This document shows, in pieces, positions 24,188 to 38,270 of a DNA stretch of 64,000 nucleotides. Made by a program: the position numbers and the translations under genes. Under the pieces are notes generated by a model that made no database searches, was not told the origin of the DNA, and saw nothing but the letters and a program-made list of their open reading frames with translations. This DNA is from Haliotis rubra. Its lineage: Eukaryota. Location of the stretch: contig NW_025765570.1 of the NCBI RefSeq assembly GCF_003918875.1, forward strand, positions 682,001 to 746,000, written 5' to 3'. Position 1 is the stretch's first letter. Every line of letters starts with the position of its first letter.

Positions 24188-25287
24188 TTCCCTTGTCTCT
24201 GGAGTCGGCGTATACTGTCACAGCAACATCAAACATACATGGTAAAGTCATTTCGATAGATATTATTTTTAATGACCAATTTTATGTAAATATGTTGTAT
24301 ATAGTTTTGTTCACAGAAATGAAAATAGCTGAAGAAAGTAAACACAAAATAGTTCTATATGTCTGGCATCATGTTTTCAAGTAATAAACCGATGACATAT
24401 AAAACGTTTTCTTATAACACAGCGGGTGGTTTGCATGCGAATAAAGGTTGATTGTATGATAGTACAACTACAAATACACCCTTGGGGCAAACTATGCAAT
24501 GGAAGGATGACTGCAATCACTGACGTTAGATTCTGATGCTGCTGCAGTCATTCAGTTTAAATAGCTACCATCGCGGAGTGTCAGTTCTCAAGAAACGTTC
24601 ATGGCTGACTTGAATCAGCTGTCCTCCCCTAGTGTGCTTAAATTGTCGTTTGTGATGTTACGACATGGTTGCAAATGCGTAGTTGCAAAGCCTAATGGAA
24701 CGTTATAAGCAAACTTACTTTATGATTGGTGAAACGCCCCCATAAATCGCTTCAAGATGTGAGATGCCGACAAACTCGTCAACAGCTAATTTAAAATGTT
24801 TTAATCCCTCACTCTGTTAAATATTTACGTGTTATATTTTCACTCAGTGTGTTCAATAATATTGCAAACATATGCGTCCTCTGGTAAGCATTAGATGCAG
24901 TGTGTTGCTGTATGTTGTGAACTGTAAACAATCTTACCTTCGGCGCTTAATGTTTATATCAGCTGTCCCAGACACCCCTGACTTAAATTACACCACGTGA
25001 CCCCGAAACAGGTACTTTCAGTAAAGACCTCAAGATCCTTATTGACAGTATCATGTGTCTGACTGTTTATATACTATATTTTGAAAGAATTCGAAAGCAG
25101 AGAAACATCACAGCAGCGACACAACGTCCTGTAATACTGATTCCACTATTTACTGTCACATAATAATTACTGTGTGGAGTCAATACTATGTCCGTCATCT
25201 ATTACACAATGTATATATCAGAATGGTAATTGTGTCTGAACACGTCAATAAGTCAACATATCAATAGATCATTTCCATAATAATTCT

Positions 25288-25430
25288 GGGGCGGTGTGGT
25301 AGCCTAATGGTTAAAGCGTTGGCTCGTCACGCCGAAGACCCGGGTTCGAAGCCCATTTCTGGTATCCCCCCCCCGTGATGTTGCAGGAAAATTGCCAAAA
25401 GCGGCCTAAAACCAAACTCAGTCTGTCAGT
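25288..25430 (+). mobile_element. SINE family A (small internal deletion)
   Basis: ggggcggtgtggtagcctaatggttaaagcg...; flanked by cataataattct. Confidence 0.9.
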
Positions 25431-25442
25431 CATAATAATTCT

Positions 25443-25690
25443 ACCCTCGAAGGTCCTGGTTAGAATATCTTCAGTAACCCATGCTTGTCGTAAGAGGCGA
25501 CTAACGGGATCGGATGGTCAGGCTCGCTGACTTGGTTGACACATGTCATCGGTTGCCAATTGTGCAGGTCGATGCTCATGCTGTTGATCACTGGATTTTC
25601 TGGTCCAGACTCGATTATTTACAGCCCGCCGCCATATAGCTGGAATATTGCTGGGTGCGGCGTAAAACTAAACTCATTCACTCACTCACT
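25443..25690 (+). mobile_element. SINE-like family B
   Basis: Homologous to 7838-8087; flanked by cataataatt. Confidence 0.9.
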
Positions 25691-27123
25691 CCATAATAAT
25701 TAGTTTCTGTATTGAATACAGGTGTATTTGTATTTACCGCTGGTGTTCAGTTTGGCACCACTGGGTAGGATTCCGAACATGGGTATAACCTGCAGGATGG
25801 ATGTTTGGTACCATCATGTAATACCTACTGGATTATTCTCTTCTTTCAAGCGCCGTAATAATATAGTAAAACACCTTCCGGGTATATCCTTTCTTTTAAA
25901 CGTCATAATAAATACAACTATCTTCTAACAATGCCTCATCTCTTAAGATGCAGTATTTTATGTTGCAAAGTGTCGATACCTGACATGTGTTAGAACAATA
26001 ACAGTACATTGGTGCGTACTGTCTCATACAGTGGATCAGAGTTGCGTCGTCATCACCTGGTTTAAACTTAACGCAACAATGTCTGACATTTGTACAGATA
26101 CATTTACATATAAAATAGTACTTACATAGGCTGGATGTTCCTGGCTTATACACCACGAGAGTTGCACCACAACATTCAAGATGAAGTCCTTGACCCCTCC
26201 AGCAAGCAGCACAAAGTGCGCTGTCAAATATTATGACGAGCTGAACAGCTGACGAAGGAGTATGAACCTTGAAACTTGAAACCAAGTCTTGCTGAAAGAC
26301 TAACTGAATGCTAAACCCATAGATGTATAGTCATTTTATCTTTTAAAGAGGCACGCTTAGATGAGCGGACGGTACGCCAAAGGACCCCATCTATAAGAGG
26401 GTGAAAGTTTTCTTTCTTTTTATACTTTTTATCAATTATCATTTAAACTATTAATTATTACTTTAGAGACTTATGCTAGTCTACATGAAACCGTTTCAGG
26501 GGTGATGGGGCTGTGTTGATGCTCTGCGGCGTAAATATACTCTGCAGTGCTGAGCGAACGCAGTACATGGAAACGCCGGATGTACCAGGCTCAGCGTTTA
26601 CCAGGGTTAACACCAAGGAAGCAACATAATATATGCACATGATGTAGGTTAGCTTTGGAACGTTATCCGTGGTTGCTGATGTGTTTACTTGTTATAGTCA
26701 ACAATCATGGTACTGCGACACGTAACAGCTTAACATCTTTGAGTGGCATTTAGAAGTTGGTGTGATGAACAACGAACAAAGTTCCATGGATATACAATTT
26801 CTGATAAATGTAAGCGACGTTTCGGTGTAGATGCTAACTCTACGTCGGTGCAAGCGCTAGGATAAATATATGTATTAGAATAGAATTTAATTACAAAACA
26901 TAGTATGATACTTTAAAGCTTTTTCAAAGTCAGAGTTTAACCCTTTGATATATTTTCAGAATAGCTTGATCAAAAGAAATGTCAAGTCTGTTTTTCATAG
27001 TTGACGTTTTGGAACATTAATTCTGCAATTGAAAAGGTTCGAACTTCAGCACGTAAATATGTTCTTCACTATAAATATATGTTCGTGGTGACGATATATA
27101 TGTCATTGGCATACTTCAGTAAG

Positions 27124-27471
27124 GTGAGGTGAGGTGAGGTGAGGTGAGGTGAGGTGAAATTGGGTTTTACGTCGTGCTTGAGAATATTTCGCTCATATGA
27201 CGACGTGCATGCGTGTGTGTGTGTATGTGCGGTTGCTTGTACTATCCCAGACTTAAGCTTGTTTTATAGTGCCAGCCCACTGAGATACCATGCCGCAGTG
27301 AAGCATGAATACCCCACTCAGACACATTATACTGACTCCGAGCCGACCAGTCCTTGTTGTACCCATTAATGCCGAGCGCCAGGCAGGGACAAATAAGTAC
27401 CATATTTTAATGTCTTTTGGTATGACGCGGTCGGGGATCGAACCCGTGATCTTCCACTCTCCGGGTGGATG
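27124..27471 (-). mobile_element. SINE family C, 5'-truncated
   Basis: Homologous to 9180-9535; TSD cttcagtaag at 27114 and 27472; expanded (GAGGT)n tail. Confidence 0.9.
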
Positions 27472-28566
27472 CTTCAGTAAGACACCTCTGGCAAGGTAAG
27501 AGTTTATTGTACGATTTGGACTAAATACAGTCTATATTATGATAATATGGTTACGTTTCACTATTAGTGACACCCGGTGTCACGAAACAGGCGAAATCAC
27601 CAGGCTACACCAGTGCCCCCCCATTATCATACGTCTTATGGATTTCCTCACATAGAATGAAGATAACATGCACAGAGATAATTAATTTACATGTTTAACG
27701 TGCATTAGGGGCAATTTTGACACATCTGTAGCAAGTATTGCACCAGCTGGGGAAATCGGCTCACAAGCAGAGGTACCAATGTGCACAGCCAACCCACAAA
27801 ACAACACCCGAATAAATAACGTGATTCTATTAGTCAGCCGCAGAGGGCTGATATATATAATCAGTCAACAGGAAAAAATGATAATTTGAGTATGTTTGCA
27901 ATCAATTGTAAGAGTACATTTATGTGAAGAACATTAGATGAACACGCTATAGATTCGTTACCTAAGAAACAATCTTCAACAATCACGATACCTAGCTATT
28001 ATAAAAGTATACAACAGTCTACGTGTGGTTGAATATTTTATGTCTGATACACTCTTATACACCCCCACATTGGGGATTCACACAATATAATTCTATAATA
28101 GTCATAATACATATTCAAAGGTAAACAGTGTAATAAAGTTAAACAGAATTGAAGTAATTTATCAAGAACAGATGTACATGAGAATATCTGAGAAATATAC
28201 CAAAGTATACCATGTTCCACATAAAACTGAAGGTAGTGGCAAGGGTAGTAGTATATAGTTAAGCTAAAACCGATTAACGTTAAGATATAATAGCATATTG
28301 TAAAGATTTAAAAAAAGTAGAAGATAGTAAAGTTTCACAGCTAAGTAAATACACGATGTGTTTATAAGTGTGCCACAGAATGATTTATGACTGACTGTCG
28401 TCTCGTTAATGATGTGAAAAGCCAGGTGGATAAAACCCTCTTTTGACACACCCCTTGGTTCACTCTTGATTTAAATCCTTCAAATCATACAAATGCATAT
28501 GATTTCATAGAACTTTGATTGGAGAGTCTAAATCTCCTACATACGCGTTATTCCCATATCGTACAG

Positions 28567-28827
28567 GGACCGGTTGTTCAAAACTCGGTTATCTTAACCG
28601 TCGGTTAACTCCTAACGGCATTAGCCATGAACACCATTTTGCGAGTTAACCACATTGTTAAAAAGTTAGCGGCGGTCCTTAGGTGTGTTAACTTAACGTC
28701 ACGTTAACAACCTGTTAAAAGTTAACAGAGTTTTGAACAACAAGATGACCCTCTGTTATTAGTTAACAGTCGGTTAAATATACTTGACGGCTGGTGAAAA
28801 GGTAACCGAATTTTGAACAACCGGGTC
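28567..28827. mobile_element. MITE, PIF/Harbinger-like
   Basis: Terminal inverted repeats ggaccggttgttcaaaactcggtta / taaccgaattttgaacaaccgggtc, flanked by cag; internal gttaac repeats. Confidence 0.75.
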
Positions 28828-29044
28828 CAGTTTGATGAATCTAATCTAATCTAATCTGGTCTAGTCATTTTGTAGAGCGCTGAACTTTCATAGAACACGT
28901 CACAATTTAATTTTGGACTCACAAAAGTCCAGAAACTCTCCGCACTGTGGACACTTTCTGACAAAGGCATTCGACAAAATTAAACATGCAGTTGTTATGA
29001 ATATATGCTAAGGATGAAAAAATTAAAAATATTTTAAATTTAAA

Positions 29045-29806
29045 CTCGCTCGCCCATGGGCCGGCCCATGCCCATGGCGAACAGTGGCCCATGGGCGAGG
29101 ATTTTTAATTTCGCTCAGACTTCATGTTTTGGACTGACTGCCTGAGTTTGGTTTTACGCCGCTTTTAGCAATATTCCAGCAACATCACGGCGGGGGACAC
29201 CAGAAATGGGCTTCACACATTGTACCCATGTGGGGATTCGAACTCGGGTCTTCGGCGTGACGAGCCGACGCTTTCACCACTAGGTTACCCCACCGTCCCC
29301 ATGTTTTGGAAGTTGTAAATGAATGAGTGTATGTTTAAAGGCACCATGACACAAATTTCAAATCATTTTAACTTAGTTCGGCTAATTTAGAGCGATATTA
29401 ACAAATCTCGCCAATGGGCGAAAAACATTTTGGCCCATGGGCGAGAATGTTTAATTTCGCTCAGAATTCATGTTTTGGAGGTTGTAAATGAATGAGTGTA
29501 TGTTTAAAAGCATCATGACACAAACTTCAACTCATTGTGACTTAATTCGGCTAATTTAGAGCTATATTAAAAAATCTCGCCCATGGGCGAGAATATATAC
29601 TTTTACTCAAGATACATGTTTTTCCATGTTTTGGAGGTTATAAATGATTGAATGTATGTTTATAAGCATCATGACACAAAATTCAAGTCATTTTGACTTA
29701 ATTCGGCTAATTTTGAGCGACATTAACAAATCTCGCCCATGGGCGAAAAACATTTTGGCCCATGGGCGAGAATATTTACTTTTACTCAAAATACATGTTT
29801 TTCCAT
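29045..29806. repeat. ~160-bp unit repeated about three times, with cgcccatgggcg palindromes; SINE inserted
   Basis: catgttttggaggttgtaaatgaatgagtgtatgttt...ctcgcccatgggcga recurs near 29300, 29470 and 29625. Confidence 0.8.
29134..29299 (-). mobile_element. SINE family A
   Basis: TSD catgttttgga at 29123 and 29300. Confidence 0.92.
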
Positions 29807-30830
29807 ATTAGGCAATCTTGAAGATTAAAATGCTTATTCTACATCTAAGAATACACAGAGACAAGCGACACCCTCTCATTGTCACACGCAATACTTTCTG
29901 TTAACGTAAGCACAGCGTTTTTAGTGCCTCAGTGACGTTTAATCCTTGTTGCAGAAGGTGGGGAAATTCTGCCTTCTATCCTACACGCTGTTCTGGTGAG
30001 TTTACTTGATACATACGTCGTGGTTCTTTGAAAATATTTGGTAGGGTATTTGCTTTACCATGGCCTTTGTGTATTGGAATTAAAAACTGGCTTTTAAGAA
30101 AACGATCAAGGAATGTATTAACTTAATGATGTCATTGAACAGTCAGGCAATGATCTACGAGCCTCCTTTGTGTGGATCATCTGGACAAAGTGAAAATGGA
30201 ATTCATCTACAGTGAATTGGCAGTTTTGCAACTTGCGTTTTGTACATTCTGATTGTGTATATAGTCACTTTAAGCAAGGAGTAGCTAGTTGTGGAATTTA
30301 AATAAAGTCCAAATGTAAATATCGTCTTTATAGGAATAAGTTTGACAACCATACACAAGCTTTTTAATGTTACCGTTGAAGCGTTTGCAACGTTTTGTCA
30401 TTTTGTAGATTTCGTTAAATCTACATTTAGAAAACTGGTGCTTTGCACAGCGATGTTTCTTACGAAAGAGACGTAACTATCTTCCTTGTAAAAGCCCTGT
30501 TACACTCCATAGGGTTGGCTTACAACGCACTGGCAATGCCCTGCAAACGCCATGCCAACGCTGATAGACGGAGTGCAGTTATCGCCATGGCAGCTCCGTG
30601 TTAACACATTCATCGCCGTGGTCGCTCCATGTGGTTGGTGTGAAAGCGCATTGACATAGATAACACTCCGTGTAAGCGCCGTAGACGCGCCTTAATGACG
30701 CAGTTGACAGACGCATTGTTATCACTAAGGACTCCGTGACGTCTCCGTGCAAGCGCCGCCGACTACCTTGGCTGTCTGTGTTTTCATGGACGCCGCGGGA
30801 TCGCCAAGAGGTCGCTGCCCTTGTGTGGCG

Positions 30831-31738
30831 AATGAGACATCCCGTAAATAGTTTCCATGTGTGCTGCCTTGGGTGACCAATGAGACATCACGTAAATAGT
30901 TTCTACGTGTGCTGTCTCGGGTGACCAATAAGACATCATGTAAATAGTTACCGTGTGTGCTGCCTCGGATGACCAATGAGACATCACATAAATAGTTTCC
31001 ACGTGTGCTGTCTCGGGTGACCAATGAGACATCACGTAAATAGTTTCCACGTGTGCTGTCTCGGGTGACCAATGAGACATCATGTAAATAGTTACCGTGT
31101 GAGCTGTCTCAGGTGACCAAATGAGACATGATGTAAATAGTTTCCACATGTGCTGTCTCGGCTGACCAATAAGACATCATGTAAATAGTTTCCACGTATG
31201 CTGCCTCGGGTGACCAATGAGACATCATGTAAATAGTTTCCACGTGTGCTGTCTCAGGTGACCAATGAGACATGATGTAAATAGTTTCCACGTATGCTGT
31301 CTCGGGTGACCAATAAGACATCATGTAAATAGTTACCGTGTGTGCTGTCTTGGGTGACCAATGTGACATCACATAAATAGTTTCCACGTGTGCTGTCTCA
31401 GGTGACCAATGAGACATCATGTAAATTTTTACCGTGCTGCTCAGGTTTTACCCTGTAAATAGTTACCGTGTGTGCTGTCTCAGGTGACCAATGAAACATC
31501 ACGTAAATAGTTTCCACGTGTACTGTCTCGGGTGACCAATGAGACATCACGTAAATAGTTTCCACGTGTGCTGCCTCAGGTGACCAATGAGACATCACGT
31601 AAATAGTTTCCACGTGTGCCGTCTCAGGTGACCAATGAGACATCACGTAAATAGTTTCCACATGTGCCGTCTCAGGTGACCAATGAAACATCACGTAAAT
31701 AGTTTCCACGTGTGCTCTCTCAGGTGACCAATGAAACA
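30831..31738. repeat. 48-bp tandem array, ~19 copies
   Basis: Unit gtgaccaatgagacatcacgtaaatagtttccacgtgtgctgtctcgg. Confidence 0.96.
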
Positions 31739-32852
31739 AAGTTACGTTACCAGTGGGGAAACTATCACGAGCTATAAAACCTCAAAACAATGTATATATT
31801 TTACAATATTATATTGTTAAAAGACACGGGACATCGAACACATTTCTTGTCAGCTGTATATGTATGGAATATTATTTCTTTATGTGGATATTGATGGGTG
31901 CATTTCCCGAACAGGATAACCGCCTGAAATTATCGATAAAACTTTCTTCGGTTACATTTTCGATATTTGGATTTTGTTTTCATTCAACAAAATCACTTCT
32001 CATCATTTGCGTTGTCGCCGGGAAGCTCTTTGGTGCGAGAGAGACATCATGTACTTAGTCGTTGTTTTCAGAAGCCGTTTCATTGTAGGCGTCCAGATAT
32101 TACAGTCATGTTCACGGTCGGTTTCATTGAAAACCAGATCGAAATGTTTTTATGAAGTTTCAATGTTTATGAAAACACAATGATAAGTTCATTATTCCGG
32201 GATTATAAGCCAAAACATTAACACGTACATAAACTTCCGTTTTCTTTCAAACCTTGCATTTTAGTCACTGGATATGAAATTAAACATATAAATTAAATGT
32301 GAGGACTTGTTATCATATCAAACTAAATTTAGATGGACCCATTTTCATGTGGTAAAATAACTGAAATATTTGGGGGTCAGAAGGATACCTGCATTTCCAA
32401 ATCAATTCAAAGACGAAACTGTATTTCATCTTTGTTGATCAATGTGGGAATACGCCCATTTCCGCAGATGGTTTATGCAGGTTTCACTTTATGTCCGGCA
32501 ATATTCAGCACATGTTAAAAACATACTTTTATAAACATGTTTAAAACATACTTTGCGCACAAGCCAGTCTTCTGGTGTAAAACCGGATAGTAAACCAAAT
32601 AACAAGTGGCTGATAATTGAATTTCTCTAACGCTACAAATTAATTGAATTACATGGGACCTAAAGAGATGTAGGAATGTAATTTATCATGTCTTTTCTGC
32701 TGGACATTAATGATGTAACATTTGTGTATCTTTAAACAACTCGAAACATAAGAGTGAGTGAGAATGAGTGAATCTTGCTCAGCGCCGCATCAGCTATTTT
32801 GCAGCTATTCGCGGCGATTGAAACATACAGAAGACGATATCCGTTTCACATA

Positions 32853-33997
32853 CACTCAAGGCCAAAAGAAAGTGGCCCATTATATTTTTGATATATGAAA
32901 TCTATTCAAAATTGTTGAAATTTAATTTCTATTGTTTAACATTCGCCAAAATACAGTTTCGGAATCGGCATCAACGGCACTCGGTCGAGTTGTCAGCAGA
33001 CACACAGTTAGACGACAACTACAACATGCCGGAATTCGAGACCACAGTCGATTCCGCGGCACAATGCTGACACGTCAGCATCGCCTGAATAGGCTGATCT
33101 GGGCACGTCGTGTTTGATGATGGCTGGTTCGTGATTGGCGTAGGGTTCTATTCAGTGATGAGAGTAGGTTTCGTTTATAACATAACGACGGTAGCGCTCG
33201 TGTGTATCGCCGTCGTGGTGAACGTCATGCCCCGTCATGCGTTATGGAGGTTCAGGCTCATGGTGGTGGGAGTGTTATGGTTTGGGAAGATATCTGTGGC
33301 GAGATGAAGACGCAATTGGTCAAAGTTCAAGGCAGCCTGACAGCACAACAATACACTGACCAGGTGATTCGTCCAGTTGTGTTTCCTTTCTTTAATCAAC
33401 ACCATGGGACATAATCTCAACAAGACAATGCTCCTGCACACACAGCTGGGATTGTGACAGACTTCATGGGAACCAATTACATCAACGTTTTGATTTGGCT
33501 GTCTCGTTCACCTGACCTCTCACCAATACAGCAACTATGGGACTTTCTGGACAGGAAAATCAGAATGAGACTAAACCCTCCAGCAAACCTGAGACAACTG
33601 GAACAGGCCATTCATGAAGAATGGAGGAATATCACAAATGCCTTCATTAGACGTCTCACAACGTCAATGAGTACGTCGAGTACTTGCATGTATCAATGCA
33701 GAAGGAGGACACACACGATACTAAGTAATGCACACCTAAACGTTGACAAATGTGTTTTAATATGAAGTTCACAGATAGTGTTCAACACAACTGAAAACAT
33801 GTAACTTTGCCTTTTGATACCAGTGTCATTTAATTAAATGTTGCTTAAACATTACTTCGTGGTTGATGTTGTAATAACCTCTAGATGTTTAACAAGTGGC
33901 CTTTCTATCAACATAAACAGATATGAAATGAATTTTTTGTCTGTGTTGATTTTTATTAAGATCTTTGGCACTGGCCACTTTCTTTTGGCCTTGAGTG
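32853..33997 (+). mobile_element. Tc1-family DNA transposon, internally deleted, with transposase pseudogene
   Basis: Perfect 25-bp TIRs cactcaaggccaaaagaaagtggcc / ggccactttcttttggccttgagtg with TA TSDs. Motifs VSRHTVRRQL, WRRVLFSDESRF, GGGSVMVW, QDNAPAH and SPDLSPIQQLW (catalytic E replaced by Q); multiple stops. Confidence 0.95.
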
Positions 33998-34092
33998 TAG
34001 TAACGCTAAACATGTTGAACTCTGTGTGATGATCGTCATTATAAACGATACGTATGACATCTTCCTGCATCCAGGTGCTGACGCTCGTCTAT

Positions 34093-34272
34093 ACTACCCA
34101 TCAAAAGTTTAGACTCACTTAGAGCACTCACTATATCTTAAGTATATATATATGGTTACGTCGAAGATGAATTTCTCTACAACTTGGGGGAACCAACTGC
34201 AAACCTTATGCAGATGTGTTGCAAGAGGATCATGCATCAAATTGCTGAAAACCATGTGCAAATATCGTGCAT
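34093..34272 (+). mobile_element. Left half of the 16826-17151 MITE family
   Basis: tactacccatcaaaagtttagactca...gaggatcatgcatcaaattgctgaaaa...tgtgcaaatatcgtgc shared with the 16826 copy. Confidence 0.8.
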
Positions 34273-35310
34273 GTTATTACCTACAACAATGGTCATGCCT
34301 GACATACTGCTTCACGCTGTGTCTCCCTCAAAGATTTAACATTGTATTACCTACAACAATGGTCATGCCTGACATACTGCTTCACGCTGTGTCTCCCTCA
34401 AAGATTTAACATTGTATTACCTACAACAATGGTCATGTCTGACATACTGCTTCACGCTGTGTCCCTCAAAGATTTAACATTGTATTACCTACAACAATGG
34501 TCATGTCTGACATACTGCTTCACGCTGTGTCTCCCTCAAAGATTTAACATTGTATTACCTACAACAATGGTCATGCCTGACATACTGCTTCACGCTGTGT
34601 GTCCTCAAAGATTTAACATTGTATTACCTACAACAATGGTCATGCCTGACATACTGCTTCACGCTGTGTCTCCCTCAAAGCTTCAATGGTCGCTGACATA
34701 CTGCTTCCCTGTGTCTCCCAAAGATTTAACATTGTATTACCTACAACAATGGTCATGTCCCTGATTTAACATACTGCTTCACGCTTGCTGTGTCTCCCTC
34801 AAAGATTTAACATTGTATTACCTACAACAATGGTCATGTCTGACATACTGCTTCACGCTGTGTCTCCCTCAAAGATTTAACATTGTATTACCTACAACAA
34901 TGGTCATGTCTGACATACTGCTTCACGCTGTGTCTCCCTCAAAGATTTAACATTGTATTACCTACAACAATGGTCATGTCTGACATACTGCTTCACGCTG
35001 TGTCTCCCTCAAAGATTTAACATTGTATTACCTACAACAATGGTCATGCCTGACATACTGCTTCACGCTATGTCTCCCTCAAAGATTTAACATTGTATTA
35101 CCTACAACAATGGTCATGCCTGACATACTGCTTCACGCTGTGTCTCCCTCAAAGATTTAACATTGTATTACCTACAACAATGGTCATGTCTGACATACTG
35201 CTTCACGCTATGTCTCCCTCAAAGATTTAACATTGTATTACCTACAACAATGGTCATGCCTGACATACTGCTTCACGCTGTGTCTCCCTCAAAGATTTAA
35301 CATTGTATTA
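34272..35310. repeat. 70-bp tandem array, ~15 copies
   Basis: Unit attgtattacctacaacaatggtcatgcctgacatactgcttcacgctgtgtctccctcaaagatttaac. Confidence 0.97.
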
Positions 35311-35540
35311 CATACATACATACTAACATTTGTATAGCGCCGATATCCAGCTCAGCTCAGCTGCTCAAAGGCGCTTTGTTTTTCCCTCGTTCACTGGATG
35401 TCAATCTCAACGGCACATCGTATTGTCAATCTCAACTCTCTGGGGAGCATACAACTCATGCAGCCACAAGGCGCACCGAGTTAGTGTGGCATTCCCATCC
35501 TTACGAGGTACCCATTTACAGCTGGGTGGACTGGGACTGG
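35311..35540 (-). mobile_element. CORE-type SINE fragment with L2-like tail
   Basis: Minus strand reads cagtccacccagctgtaaatgggtacc (CORE-like) and ends gcgctatacaaatgttagtatgtatgtatg. Confidence 0.65.
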
Positions 35541-36336
35541 ACTGTAAACGTCTGAGGTGCCATTTGTGCCAAACCTGGTGATGTTTAATCTATCCCTATC
35601 CTTTTGCCATCATGTGACGTCTTGCTTTCAGGCGGGCGGTTTGTACGGTGTTGAAATTCGCCTTTCTTTCATTATACATACGTCTCTGTGACTGGAGCAG
35701 ATTTGAGCCTATTGCCTTGCGTAATTAATATAAGGAAACTATAATTAATCTTGAAAAGGCCCGCCACACCCTGGTAACATTAGATTTACCGGTACTTGGC
35801 TCTCGTGCGTCCCATGCATAATTGAAATAAGACTGTGATCACATGCTGCGTCCAAGTGCAACGCGGCGGTCTCAAAAGATGTGAATTATTTAGTCACGGG
35901 GCAAAGAGATTGTTTTTAAATCTTTATTTCTTTCTACAACCGATCATAATGTACAGACTGTGCGAAACTTAAAAGTATAATCGCATCGCTATGGACACAA
36001 GCCTTCAATTCTTGCCTCGAGTCCTATCAAGATTTTATGAGCGCTTCTACTTCCTACGTAACATTTCCCTTGAGTTGGGTTCGGTGCCGTTTTGAGCAGT
36101 TTTGTGTGATTCAGCTGTGTTGCGGTCAAGAGTCGGTGTCCTTCTCGCCATCTCCGTCATGCGTGCATCTGTGTGGCATACTAGCCAGTGTTTTGGATAT
36201 TTACAAGGTCTTCAGCAATATTCCAGGAACATTAGTAGCGTATGTGAGTTTCTCACATTGTATCTCTTTGTGGATAGAATGTGGACGAGCGACTGCTTTT
36301 ACCACCACTAGGCTACCACATACATACATGCGAGAG

Positions 36337-36602
36337 GACCCGTGAAGATCCGGGGTAGAATAGGTCGTCAGCAACCCATGCTTGCCACAAAAGACGACTA
36401 TGCTTGTCGTAAGAGGCGACTAACGACATCGGGTGGTCAGGCTCGCTGACTTGGTTGACACACGTCACCGGTTCCCATTTGCGCAGATTGATGCTCATGC
36501 TGTTGATCACTGGAATGTCTAGTCCAGACTAGATTATTTGCAGACCGCCGCCATATAGGTGGAATATTGCTGAGTGCGGCGTAAAACTAAACTCACTCAC
36601 TC
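36337..36602 (+). mobile_element. SINE-like family B with a duplicated hairpin segment
   Basis: atgcttgccacaaaagacgact followed by atgcttgtcgtaagaggcgact; degenerate TSD acatg(c/t)gag. Confidence 0.9.
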
Positions 36603-37436
36603 ACATGTGAGCGATTTACCTTCATGAAATTAGGACCAACTTTACTCGTAAAGTAGCAGTTGGTGCTGTGAACAGTGTACCTTGTTATTGCCTTCAGGCG
36701 ACGATTATCACTGCATACATAACATATAATTCTGAAACAAATATACGATAATGATAACACCATCCCCAGATCCACACAATCACTAAGAGTGTTCGAATTA
36801 CCTCCCTTGTGTCGGAGATTGAACTATGTCGGATATCGATTACTCGGTTGTCACTGCGAGGCCGAGACTGGCTGAACGGTGGCAGTAGTAGGAGGTGGCA
36901 TATTCTACTGAACATCTGATAATTCTGGACAGGTACACAGTACTAAGAATTTACATTCTCAAATCGGTTACCTCGAATAAACCAATAGTTTCAAACCATC
37001 CGTTTGGGAATATTCTTACAGGCTTGTTTATGTCGAACTCGGGTGTCTAGCTCATAATGCTGTTCCTCAGGTATAAGTTACGATTACTGAAACTATGGAT
37101 GCTAATAATGTTATTACTCGAATTCATCGGATATTGTTACTAAAGTAACAACGATTTCTTGAAACAGCACACAGCTATGAATATATCAGTGATTCAAAGT
37201 GCACCTTCCCTTCCTTGTTTGTTTCCTTGCCACTGATTTCACACTTTCATGTCTTTGTGTGGGAAGTTTAAGACATATGGCCATTTCAGGTTTTGAAATA
37301 CATCTAAGAGAAATAGTTTCTACGTATGTAAGCAGAACGTTATGTTCTGACCATATTAGCTATTGATCTATGCTATGATTAAAATAGATATAAATATAAA
37401 GTTCTATATATGTCGTTCTCTTTCCAGTACCTTATA

Positions 37437-37600
37437 GGGGCGGTGGGGTAGCCTAGTGGGTAAAGCGTTCGCTCGTCACACCGAAGGCCCGGGTTCGATT
37501 CCCCACATGGGCACAATGTGTGAAGCCCATTTCTGGTGTCCCACGCCGTGATAGTGCTGGAATATCGCTAAAAGCGGCGTAAAACCATACTCACTCACTC
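37437..37600 (+). mobile_element. SINE family A
   Basis: Full head, body and (ACTC)n tail; no TSD seen. Confidence 0.9.
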
Positions 37601-38079
37601 AAAAATATGCGTCATCTTAGCGGTATGTATGTAAGTAACATCACTAATTCAGCGTGAAGTCTTTGAATGGCATTTACAAGTGATACACGTAAAAGGTGAA
37701 CATTTATGGATGTCAACTTCTTTATTATGAGAATTGTTTATTTCTTCGTGGGAGAAATACACCTGATGAAAATCAATACTAAACTAAGTATATTAACAAC
37801 TTTTACCTTGCGTAGCAACGCGACAAAACAACATTGTTAAAGATTGACGTAACGTTGACGTATCGTTGACGTTGTTTACCAAAGGGAAGCAACGTCAAAT
37901 GTCTCGTTAACGCATTTCTCGCCTATCTAAAATGTGTCTTAAAATGCGTTAAAATGTAACAAGGCGACGTATTCATAATACGAAAGACTGGTGTGATCTC
38001 TGCTGTAATAACTGACGGCCCGAGTGGTTGTGTCCTTACCATGGCGGAACTACCATGCTCGATAATATCACAGATTTGA

Positions 38080-38270
38080 GGATTGATAAAGTAGATATCT
38101 CCAGCAAGGATTGATAAAGTAGATATCTCCAGCAAGGATTGATAAAGTAGATATCTCCAGCAAGGATTGATAAAGTAGATATCTCCAGCATGGATTGATA
38201 AAGTAGACATCTCCAGCAAGGATTGATAAAGTAGACATCTCCAGCAAGGATTGATAAAGTAGATATCTCC
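38080..38270. repeat. 28-bp minisatellite, ~7 copies
   Basis: Unit ggattgataaagtagatatctccagcaa. Confidence 0.95.

Noticed and set aside
25722-26285. Cys-containing ORFs upstream of the integrin start
   Set aside because: No recognisable family pattern, and exon 1 already supplies an ATG and signal peptide.
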